A stretch of 8,369 nucleotides of DNA from an uncultured archaeon (GTDB lineage Archaea > Asgardarchaeota > Jordiarchaeia > Jordiarchaeales > Jordiarchaeaceae), in NCBI GenBank assembly GCA_964510585.1, contig CAZECW010000007.1, positions 1-8,369 of the forward strand. The letters run 5' to 3'. The notes under the pieces are model-generated. The model saw nothing but the letters and a program-made list of their open reading frames with translations. It made no database searches and was not told where the DNA came from. Of the stretch, positions 1 to 6,885 are shown piece after piece. The translations under genes were made by a program, and so were the position numbers. Numbering within the stretch: the first letter of the stretch is position 1; every line of letters begins with the position of its first letter.

Positions 1-605
1 CATCCACGACCACCGTGAGCAACTCCAGCACGCCCAAGTCCACGTAGGCCCTCTTATCTGAGAGCGGTTGATGGGGAGGTTCGACCTCCACCGATTGTTG
101 GGCGTACCACCTGTTTCTGTTTTTGTCGTAGATGATGGTGAGCAAGCCCTGCCTGCTCCAACGGTTCCACCTGGGCCGGCCTTTCCACTTTACTTTCAGC
201 TTCTTGGGGAGCTTCAGGATGCCAGTTTCTAGCCTATAGCAGTCGCGCCTGATTAGAATCAGGAGCCTTCGCTCTCCTTTCTTCCAATCCTTCCAGTAGC
301 GCGGCGGTGCCACCTTTTGTGTGTGTGGTGGGAGTTTTCCCTCGGCTTTTTGTAAGTAGGGCGAAGAACGATTTCCAGGCCTCGTTGTTCTTCCTCTGGA
401 TTTGCTGGGCGGTTGCGGAGCCCACTATACCCTTATACTTGTTGTAGAGGTCGCGGCTCTCCCAGTTGATCTTGCCCTTGAAGAAAGATTGCCTGCGGCG
501 ATAGTTGAGTTCGTTCCACAGTCGGGCGCATGCATCTGCGATCTCCGACAGCTGCCTGTGCTGTTTTTTCGTTGGGGCGAGTGCAAACGTGTTTGTACGC
601 TTCAT
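1..605 (-). pseudogene. tnpB: TnpB RNA-guided nuclease, frameshifted near 347-358 and truncated by the window edge
   Basis: Frame 1 from ATG 605 reads MKRTNTFALAP...LWNELNYRRRQ...NNEAWKSFFALL, then degenerates to a stop at 236-234. The +1 frame continues QKAEGKLPPHTQKVAPPRYWKDW...WYAQQSVEV...AYVDLGVLELLTVVVD to position 1, including the RuvC-I-like VDLG motif. Confidence 0.88.
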
Positions 606-607
606 CT

Positions 608-997
608 TTACAGCCTCGACTGCGTTTCGATGTATTTCTGAATGGTTTTGTTCGACACGTTCTCCGCTGTGGAAACGAAGTATGAGTTGGTCCAAAGCGA
701 CGGAAGCTTAAGCAGGTGGGGGAACTCCCGTCTTAAGTGGTGGGATGAGCGGCCCTTGAGTGCTTTGACGAGCTTGTGGACTGGAAGCTGGGGATATGCG
801 GATATGAACAGGTGCAGGTGGTCGGGTTGCACTTCTAGTGCCAGGATTTCCACGCCCTTCTCCTTTGCTACTTCTCTCAGGATTTGCTCCAGCCGCATTT
901 TTACCTCGCTTATGGGGACTGGCTTTCTGCGCTTGGGGCGCCAGAAGAGGTGGTAGTTGATGGGATAGACTTGGTTTCGAGAATGCCGGTATTCCAT
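608..997 (-). CDS. tnpA: IS200/IS605 Y1 (HUH) transposase TnpA, ~129 aa
   Basis: NYHLFWRPKRRK N-terminal motif, HUH motif DHLHLF, W-x-x-SYFVST and C-terminal KYIETQ with the catalytic Tyr. Start placed at ATG 997 (MEYRHS) because the ORF-track start at 1045 abuts the IS end hairpin. Confidence 0.93.
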   Translation of the reverse strand: MEYRHSRNQVYPINYHLFWRPKRRKPVPISEVKMRLEQILREVAKEKGVEILALEVQPDHLHLFISAYPQLPVHKLVKALKGRSSHHLRREFPHLLKLPSLWTNSYFVSTAENVSNKTIQKYIETQSRL

Positions 998-1049
998 CTG
1001 TTGATGCAAATTTATCAACACGCAAGCCTTAAGCTTTTTTGGCATTCAT

Positions 1050-1074
1050 CCCCACGACTTAAGTCAGGGGCTTT
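1050..1074 (-). other. IS605-type left-end hairpin with adjacent AAAG guide sequence
   Basis: Minus strand reads AAAG-CCCCTGACTTAAGTCGTGGGG: stem CCCC/GGGG plus GAC/GTC around a TTAA loop. TTAC lies exactly 19 nt upstream of the hairpin foot. Confidence 0.85.
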
Positions 1075-1243
1075 CTCGCCAACGGTTTTGTAACCATCCA
1101 AGCATATCATATGTGCATCGTGAGTCCCTTTTTCGTAATTATTAGACTCGGATTAAATAGAGTGACAATCTCAAAAGAGGAAAATTTGGGAATGTTTTTG
1201 AACTTATGGGACAGATTTTGCTCACTAAGGTGGTGGCAGTTGG

Positions 1244-1669
1244 TTAGCTATTTTCTTTAACGCCTAGTTTGCCTCGGAGTATCTTTCTTCTTTTTATTCC
1301 TTGGAGTACTTCTTTGTAGCTGGTGAATTGGTTCTCCTTGTAGCGCTGCTCCACATCTTTCCAGAGCCTGCGATAGTAGTAGAAGTACTCTGAGATTTCC
1401 AGGGGGTCTCCGAAGACTACAGCATAGTTTGACATGACTTCCGCCTTTATGTGGAGGGGGAAACTTTCGAAAATCCTGACATCGTAGCCTGATGGAGTTT
1501 TTCCTAGGAGATTTTTCATGGTTTTTAGGTTAGCTTCATTGTTCTCGGTTCTTGTGATAACCGCCACGTCAATATCGGATCGTGGGGTGGCTTCTCCTCT
1601 GGCCCAGCTTCCGTAAACCACAACCCAGAACCCACTTAGAGCCTTCAGGTCGCTTCTAATCTCCTCCAA
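1244..1669 (-). CDS. mntA: Minimal nucleotidyltransferase (MNT), MntA-like antitoxin
   Basis: GSWARGEATPRSDID matches GS-x10-D-x-D. TTG start overlaps the HEPN gene by 14 bp. Confidence 0.88.
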   Translation of the reverse strand: MEEIRSDLKALSGFWVVVYGSWARGEATPRSDIDVAVITRTENNEANLKTMKNLLGKTPSGYDVRIFESFPLHIKAEVMSNYAVVFGDPLEISEYFYYYRRLWKDVEQRYKENQFTSYKEVLQGIKRRKILRGKLGVKENS

Positions 1670-2063
1670 TGATTTTTTGTAGGACGTTTTCGATTACCTC
1701 CAAAAAATTGAACACACCACTTATAACTTCATCCAGCTCGTCTCGCACAATGGATTCATCAAATTTATTGTACTTGTGAACTATTGCGTTTCTTAGACCG
1801 TTAAGCCTTCTGAGAAAATCCGCCATTTCACTTTTGATGATTCCAGCAGATTCTAACCTTTCTATGTTGATGTAGTCGTCTCCAACGCTGAGCCCCAGGT
1901 CTTTAACCAACATTGCCAGGACACTCATTATTGCTTCTATGCTTGTGTGCAGACGATATAACAAAGCCTCAAAATAGTAGCGGTCATCCAAGTTTGGAGG
2001 CAAATCCCCCAGCATGGAAGCAACATAATCAATTTTTCTTCGATATTGGAGACTCCTACTCAT
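1656..2063 (-). CDS. hepT: HEPN (DUF86/HepT-like) RNase toxin, ~135 aa
   Basis: R-x4-H motif RNAIVH followed by K-Y. Adjacent to the MNT gene. Start at ATG 2063 is preceded by GGTGG; the ORF-track alternative is 2078. Confidence 0.88.
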   Translation of the reverse strand: MSRSLQYRRKIDYVASMLGDLPPNLDDRYYFEALLYRLHTSIEAIMSVLAMLVKDLGLSVGDDYINIERLESAGIIKSEMADFLRRLNGLRNAIVHKYNKFDESIVRDELDEVISGVFNFLEVIENVLQKIIGGD

Positions 2064-2241
2064 TAAACCACCATCCATAGAAAAAGAAATTTCATCCCTT
2101 TTATCCCTTTCCTTAGAAAGGACTCCAAAAACCTATAACAAATATTTCTTCGATGGTAAAAGCATCTTTTTTCTGAAACCTTCCGAAATTTTACGAATTA
2201 TGATTAAAAGGTCTTAGAATGTGTTGAAATTGGATAACAGT

Positions 2242-3003
2242 TTATTTTAACGAGTCCTCATAGATTTTTTCCCAAAACAGTTTTCTTATTTCATGTGCGC
2301 CACGGGAGTTGGGTTCAATCACCAGCCATAACCAGGGAGTGTTATCCTCAGGATGGTAATATTTGCCGCTTGGATCGTTATAGTTTACTCCGTGACCCAG
2401 AAAGTGTCTGTGAATGTCTACCAGCGTTAGGCCCTTCTCCAGGGCGACTTCCATAATTCTTTTGTTCCAGTGGTCGAGTACCTTAAGCCCATCAGGCCAG
2501 CGGGAATAGCCCTCCTTTTCCAGATTCCCAATGCCGTCTGAAGGATCATAAATGTTCCCAATATATATTCTGGGGGGTTTGGGGAACCTTACGGGATCTT
2601 GAAGGTAGGATATGATTTTAATGAGCTTCGCCTTCATCTCGTAGCTTAGTTTTTTACCCTTCTCTTCGGGCACTCCATAGTGGTGTAGTAGATCGTTTCC
2701 CCCAACTGTTATGATAATTATGGTGGCCTGGTTTTCTCCTGTGGGCACTTTGGGAAGTTGCCAGTTAAGAACGGTGTCCGTGGTCGCCCCATCGGAAGTA
2801 AGATTGTAGAACCCTATTCCGGGGTAGAGGGTGGCTAAATCCTTCCCCCTCCAGTCGGGATAAGCATCATCTAGGTTCTTGTAGAGAAGCGACGCAGCCC
2901 CCCACCCCGGTCCACCAGCATAGTAGTCTATAAGCATACTGTCGCCCAGAGCCACGTAACATTGACGCCCCAACACTTTTTGATTCTCTTTTCTCGTACC
3001 CAT
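2242..3003 (-). CDS. SGNH/GDSL hydrolase-fold protein with atypical block V, ~253 aa
   Basis: Block I ALGDSM, block II DGAT, block III TVGGNDL. Block V reads LVIEPN instead of DxxHP. Start at ATG 3003 is preceded by GTGA; the ORF-track alternative is 3027. Confidence 0.85.
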   Translation of the reverse strand: MGTRKENQKVLGRQCYVALGDSMLIDYYAGGPGWGAASLLYKNLDDAYPDWRGKDLATLYPGIGFYNLTSDGATTDTVLNWQLPKVPTGENQATIIIITVGGNDLLHHYGVPEEKGKKLSYEMKAKLIKIISYLQDPVRFPKPPRIYIGNIYDPSDGIGNLEKEGYSRWPDGLKVLDHWNKRIMEVALEKGLTLVDIHRHFLGHGVNYNDPSGKYYHPEDNTPWLWLVIEPNSRGAHEIRKLFWEKIYEDSLK

Positions 3004-3124
3004 TTTTATCACTTTAACTAAAACCATTTTTAACTGTTTTTGACACTAAAAAATTTTCCCACCTTTTTTAATCTTTAGTGTATCTGAGTTTTCCAATTTA
3101 ATGATGAAACCTTTTTGAAGCTTG

Positions 3125-3139
3125 GTAATAATTTATAAG
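3125..3139 (+). promoter_or_regulatory. Putative archaeal BRE+TATA promoter of the thiolase gene
   Basis: GTAATAA followed by TTTATAAG about 40 nt upstream of ATG 3180. GGTGA SD at 3169-3173. Confidence 0.5.
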
Positions 3140-3179
3140 TGTGAACACAACGTATTTTATAGAAAAAGGGTGAGTAAAA

Positions 3180-4349
3180 ATGGTTTCTCCACTTAAGGAT
3201 AAGATAGCAATTATGGGTGTGGGATACACCAAATTTGGAGAATTATGGGACAAAAGCCAAGAAGACCTCATGGTCGACGCAGCATACGAAGCTTTTAACG
3301 ACGCGGGAATAGAACCCAAAGACATAGATGCAATCTGGGTTGGCGTACAATACTTCTTCACAGGACTGTCTGGCGCCACAGCCACAGAACCCCTAAAAAT
3401 TTTTGGAAAACCCGCAACCAGAGTGGAAAACTTTTGCGCCTCAGGAATGGACGCCTTCCGAAACGCCTGCTACGCGGTCTACTCTGGAGACATAGACATT
3501 GCCCTAGCCTGCGGCGTAGAAAAACTCATGGACGCCGGATCCAAAGGACTGCCAGGGTTTGACCAATTTGGACATCCAGTCTATGGCAACGTTTCCGCCC
3601 CAGGAATGTTCGCCCTAATGGCTACAAGAGCGTTCCACAATTGGGAGTGGACTAAGGAGGATTTGGCAAGAGTAGCAGTTAAAAATCACTACAATGGCGC
3701 CGCGCATCCCAAGGCTCACTTCAGAAGGGAAATTAAGATTGAGGATGTTTTAAATGCCCCCATGATTGCTGAACCCTTGGGCAGGTATGACTGCTGCGCT
3801 ATGAGCGACGGAGCCGCGGCACTTATTGTTACACGTCCAGAGATTGCAAAGCAGTACAAACACAAGGACGACTTTGTGGTTTTGAAGGGAAATGGCATGG
3901 CCGTGGAAACCGTTTACCCTTACTATAAACCCAGTTTTGATTTTTCCGAAGTACCAGCAACCATTAAGGCGGCTCAAGCGGCCTACAAGGCTGCAGGAAT
4001 AAAGGATCCAGTCAAAGAGATTGGGTTTGCCGAGGTACACGACTGCTTCACCATAACAGAACTCCTAAATATGCAAGATTTAGGACTATGCAAAAAGGGT
4101 GAAGCTGCCCAACTGGTAAAGGATGGTTTCACCGCTATTGATGGCGAATTTCCAATTAATCCCAGCGGTGGACTCAAATGTTTCGGACACCCAATTGGAG
4201 CCACAGGATGCCGCATGCTGGTTGAAGTCACAAAGCAGATTCAAGGCAGGGCAGATGGACGTCAGGTTGAAAGGAATGAGGTGGGAATGGCCCACAATCT
4301 GGGCGGACCCTACACAGTTTGCACTGTGACTATTCTCGGAAGACCCTAA
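3180..4349 (+). CDS. Thiolase (acetyl-CoA C-acyltransferase), SCP2/archaeal-type, 389 aa
   Basis: N-terminal MGVGYTKFGE, catalytic Cys in VENFCASG, AEVHDCF, NPSGGLKCFGHPIGATG, and C-terminal AHNLGG. Confidence 0.95.
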   Translation: MVSPLKDKIAIMGVGYTKFGELWDKSQEDLMVDAAYEAFNDAGIEPKDIDAIWVGVQYFFTGLSGATATEPLKIFGKPATRVENFCASGMDAFRNACYAVYSGDIDIALACGVEKLMDAGSKGLPGFDQFGHPVYGNVSAPGMFALMATRAFHNWEWTKEDLARVAVKNHYNGAAHPKAHFRREIKIEDVLNAPMIAEPLGRYDCCAMSDGAAALIVTRPEIAKQYKHKDDFVVLKGNGMAVETVYPYYKPSFDFSEVPATIKAAQAAYKAAGIKDPVKEIGFAEVHDCFTITELLNMQDLGLCKKGEAAQLVKDGFTAIDGEFPINPSGGLKCFGHPIGATGCRMLVEVTKQIQGRADGRQVERNEVGMAHNLGGPYTVCTVTILGRP

Positions 4350-4368
4350 AAAACCCATTTAGCTCCTG

Positions 4369-4382
4369 TTTTTCCCTTTTTT
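4369..4382 (+). terminator. Putative oligo(T) terminator of the thiolase gene
   Basis: TTTTTCCCTTTTTT about 20 nt after the stop, in the gap between convergent genes. Confidence 0.4.
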
Positions 4383-4442
4383 AGTAAAAAACTGATAGTA
4401 TATGACTTATTAGGGGGTTTCCCACTAATTTTACGCTTATTT

Positions 4443-4652
4443 TTATTTTTTTGTTTGGCTGGTTTTTTCTGGTTCTTTTTCTTTTATTGGGTTGGGGTTT
4501 ATTTTTTCTGCCAGTTTCTCCCAGTATTCTTCGCCTACAGAGTAGAGTCCGCAGCTTGCGCCGGCTCTGAAGGTGTAGAGGTTTTCAAGTCCCTCCATTT
4601 TTTGTGCGTCTTTTTCTAGTGATGTCTGTGTTTGGGTTTTGGCTTTTTTCAT
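4443..4652 (-). CDS. Small hypothetical peptide B, 69 aa
   Basis: ATG overlaps the upstream stop (ATGA, 4652-4649). Core LYTFRAGASCGLYSVGEEYWEK aligns without gaps to peptide A. Tails are charged and low-complexity. Confidence 0.72.
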   Translation of the reverse strand: MKKAKTQTQTSLEKDAQKMEGLENLYTFRAGASCGLYSVGEEYWEKLAEKINPNPIKEKEPEKTSQTKK

Positions 4653-4870
4653 TTTTGTTCCCTACTGTTTTCTGTTTTCGGTGTGTTCTTTTCTTTTTGT
4701 TCTTCTTTTCTCCACATTTCTTCATAGTAGAAGTATAGGCTGCAGTTTCCGGACATGCAGCAGGGGTAGAGCATATCTGACCCCAGCCCTCGGAGGTCTA
4801 AGTCTAGGGGGTTGTTTTCCTCTGTATTTTCTTCTTTTTTATTTTTCGGGGTTCCCTGCGTTTTTCTCAC
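4649..4870 (-). CDS. Small hypothetical peptide A, ~73 aa (GTG start uncertain)
   Basis: Core LYPCCMSGNCSLYFYYEEMWRK shares a motif with peptide B. BRE/TATA lies about 40 nt upstream. Confidence 0.68.
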   Translation of the reverse strand: MRKTQGTPKNKKEENTEENNPLDLDLRGLGSDMLYPCCMSGNCSLYFYYEEMWRKEEQKEKNTPKTENSREQK

Positions 4871-4911
4871 CAGCTCTTCTCATGCCTGTTCTTTTGGAAA
4901 TGTGTGGGGGG

Positions 4912-4925
4912 ATTAAAAGCTTTCG
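4912..4925 (-). promoter_or_regulatory. Putative archaeal BRE+TATA promoter of the peptide pair
   Basis: Minus strand reads CGAAAG-C-TTTTAAT, a good fit to BRE plus TATA box. Confidence 0.55.
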
Positions 4926-5079
4926 CTTATTTCCTAATTTTAAACAATGGGGTTAAGTCCTCCTAAGCAGCACTCAAGAAGCTAAAAACCACATTTTTAG
5001 AAGGAAGTAACGGGGGCAAGTATTTCTGTTGTTTTTTTTTGTTTGTTTTGCTGTTGGGATTTTGGAGAGGTTGGGTTTT

Positions 5080-5619
5080 TTATGTTCTTAGGGCTTGGAA
5101 GTAGCATGCTCCGTTTTCGGGCATTGTTTGGAGCATGTTTAGTTTGACTTGGAATCCCATTTTGTCAAACACCGTTTGGAGTGCTGATAGGCAAGCGGCT
5201 TTGCAGGGCAATTTTTTAAGCTCCTCTTCGCTTATTAGGTTTTTTAGGGATTGATAAATTTTGCAGTCGTTCTCCGCCACTTTGAAGCTGAGTTCACGGG
5301 CATTGTTTGCCTCTATTTGGACAATTCCCATGAGGTGAACTGATAAGTACGCTATCTCTATGTATCTTTGTGCCACATGAGGAAAGATTAACTCACCGGT
5401 TTTCTTAGCGGCTTCCAATAGGATTTCATATGTTCGGTCACGATATTTGTCCTGGTCGCTTAGTTCCATGGTTCGAAGCATTAGTTGTTTGCCCCACTCT
5501 TCAAAGTCTTGGATGTTTTTGCTCGCAGCATACCTTTTCGCAATTGCCTCCCCATCAAATTCCTTCTCTATCGTTTCAAAGAGTTCATCCTTAATGTAGA
5601 AATCATACTTCTCAGCCAT
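5080..5619 (-). CDS. Hypothetical protein, ~179 aa, with a V4R/ATC-hydrolase-like Cys-containing C-terminal domain
   Basis: Long ORF with ATG 5619 preceded by GGTGA. C-terminal pattern FKV..DCKIY...LPCKAAC...QTMPENGACYF resembles the V4R/ATC-hydrolase fold. The fold call is pattern recognition only. Confidence 0.65.
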   Translation of the reverse strand: MAEKYDFYIKDELFETIEKEFDGEAIAKRYAASKNIQDFEEWGKQLMLRTMELSDQDKYRDRTYEILLEAAKKTGELIFPHVAQRYIEIAYLSVHLMGIVQIEANNARELSFKVAENDCKIYQSLKNLISEEELKKLPCKAACLSALQTVFDKMGFQVKLNMLQTMPENGACYFQALRT

Positions 5620-5636
5620 ACTACTCACCTTCAAGT

Positions 5637-5915
5637 CTATTTTGCAATTTCCTCCGGGGGTTGTATCACTACACTCAAAGCTTTATTGGGGCACACCTCC
5701 ACACACTTCATACAGCCCACACACTTGGGAGTCATAGGCGCTAATAGCAGGTAGGAGCCCGGCTGGTTTTCATCAATAGGCTGATACTTCTTTATCATCA
5801 TAGGGTTAGGCGTAACCAGAAACACCTCGCCCGGACAAACATCCATACACTTCTTGCAAGCAAAGGGTGTGGTACACTTCTGATAATCTATCGTCACCAA
5901 AACCTTACAACTCAT
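5637..5915 (-). CDS. 2x[4Fe-4S] ferredoxin-like protein, ~92 aa
   Basis: C-x5-C-x2-C-x3-CP (CTTPFACKKCMDVCP) and C-x2-C-x2-C-x3-CP (CVGCMKCVEVCP). ATG 5915 is preceded by GGTGA, which overlaps the upstream stop. Confidence 0.9.
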   Translation of the reverse strand: MSCKVLVTIDYQKCTTPFACKKCMDVCPGEVFLVTPNPMMIKKYQPIDENQPGSYLLLAPMTPKCVGCMKCVEVCPNKALSVVIQPPEEIAK

Positions 5916-5920
5916 ACTAA

Positions 5921-6766
5921 TCACCACGAATGTTTAAGCACCTCAAAATTGCGGCGGTTCACAAGTTTAATTGCGCCCCTTTTACATCCCGTTTCACAGA
6001 GCCCACAGCCAAAACACCTGGTTAAATCAATATAGGGAATCCCCTTCCTCACATTAGCTGTGATGGCCCCAAACTGGCAACGGGTAACACACTGAAAACA
6101 TCCATTACACTTCTCAGGATGGGCGAGAGTAGCAACACGCTCCCCCTTCAAAAGCTGCTTCATTCCATAGTCTAATCTCCAGCGAATACTTAGACAATCA
6201 CCATACGTACAATTGCACAATCCTCCAATGTAGGGTGCTCCTTCTCTTAACCCGAATGTCATAAGGGTATGAACCATACCCTTCTTATTCCACTCTTCCA
6301 ACCATTTTTTGGCTTCTTTATCACTAACAAATTCGGCACCAGCAGCATACCTTGAGGGGAGGCGCTCCCACCGAAACATACCCACACCCAACCCCAGGCA
6401 GGTCATCTTTGAACGGTCACGCTCAATGTAGCCGTGAAGCTGCCTACGACAATCACAGGCAATAAAGGCAATGGGACTAGCAAGATCAATCATAGTCTTC
6501 GCATCCTCCAAAGTAATCACCTGACCAGTGTGAATATCCCTCGCCAGTCTATTAAATTTAGCAACATACTCTGGGAATTTCTCGGGATCCAAATTTTTAA
6601 CTTGAAGCGTCTCAAGGGCAAGAGCACCCAACTGAGCCTCAAGATTTGCTCCCGCCCCTTCACCTTTGCGGTCAACCCTTGCACGATGGTACATCTGACG
6701 AGCGTAACGGCTAGCCCACTGATACCAATACTTACCAGTACCATGCTTGGTGCAAAAATCACACAT
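5921..6766 (-). CDS. Uncharacterised multi-Cys 4Fe-4S protein, paralogue A, 281 aa
   Basis: C-terminal CNGCFQCVTRC and CFGCGLCETGC dicluster. Extra motifs MCDFCTKH, ACDCRR, MTCLG, GMVH and CNCTYGDC. Confidence 0.9.
   Translation of the reverse strand: MCDFCTKHGTGKYWYQWASRYARQMYHRARVDRKGEGAGANLEAQLGALALETLQVKNLDPEKFPEYVAKFNRLARDIHTGQVITLEDAKTMIDLASPIAFIACDCRRQLHGYIERDRSKMTCLGLGVGMFRWERLPSRYAAGAEFVSDKEAKKWLEEWNKKGMVHTLMTFGLREGAPYIGGLCNCTYGDCLSIRWRLDYGMKQLLKGERVATLAHPEKCNGCFQCVTRCQFGAITANVRKGIPYIDLTRCFGCGLCETGCKRGAIKLVNRRNFEVLKHSW
6423..6514. repeat. 92-bp perfect direct repeat; second copy at 7388-7479
   Basis: Base-by-base identity (tcaatgtagcc...ctccaaagt), offset 965. Confidence 0.95.
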
Positions 6767-6783
6767 TCCAAAACCACTCCCAA
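6702..6783. repeat. 82-bp perfect direct repeat; second copy at 7673-7754
   Basis: Base-by-base identity (gcgtaacggc...ccactcccaa), offset 971. Covers the 5' coding region plus 17 nt upstream of the ATG. Confidence 0.95.
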
Positions 6784-6885
6784 TAATTTCACATCTAAAC
6801 TATGTCTTTAAATCTTTTAAAATTAAAAAAACAGTGTAAACTTAATAAATAAGGGTTACGGAAGGAGGAAAATTGGTTTAGGGTT

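Larger units (their letters stand above)
1..1089 (-). mobile_element. IS200/IS605-family insertion sequence (tnpA + tnpB); right end lies outside the window
   Basis: Y1 transposase directly followed by tnpB (TAA-AG-ATG junction at 610-603). Subterminal hairpin at 1050-1070. Left boundary inferred at 1089, next to TTAC (minus strand 1093-1090). Confidence 0.93.

Noticed and set aside
606-695. N-terminal extension and C-terminal tail of the 153-aa ORF 234..695
   Set aside because: The extension overlaps tnpA out of frame, and the TnpB-like sequence starts at ATG 605. The tail after ~350 is the wrong frame downstream of the frameshift.
402-1093. ORFs 402..641, 505..711, 642..956, 884..1093 (+) and 708..1025 (-)
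   Set aside because: Antisense or alternative-frame shadows of tnpA/tnpB with no recognisable motifs.
3098-4358. ORFs 3098..3385, 3716..3898, 3750..4040, 3983..4231, 4086..4358 (-) and 4123..4329 (+)
   Set aside because: Shadows of the well-supported thiolase gene.
4839-4883. 14-codon ORF MRRAGEKNAGNPEK starting at ATG 4883 downstream of the TATA box
   Set aside because: Too short to support and out of frame with peptide A. Noted only because it makes the true start of peptide A uncertain.
4639-4956. 105-aa hydrophobic Phe/Cys-rich ORF on the + strand
   Set aside because: It is the antisense of the Lys/Glu-rich peptide A. The Phe/Leu richness follows from T-rich sequence, and the promoter and coupling evidence favour the minus strand.
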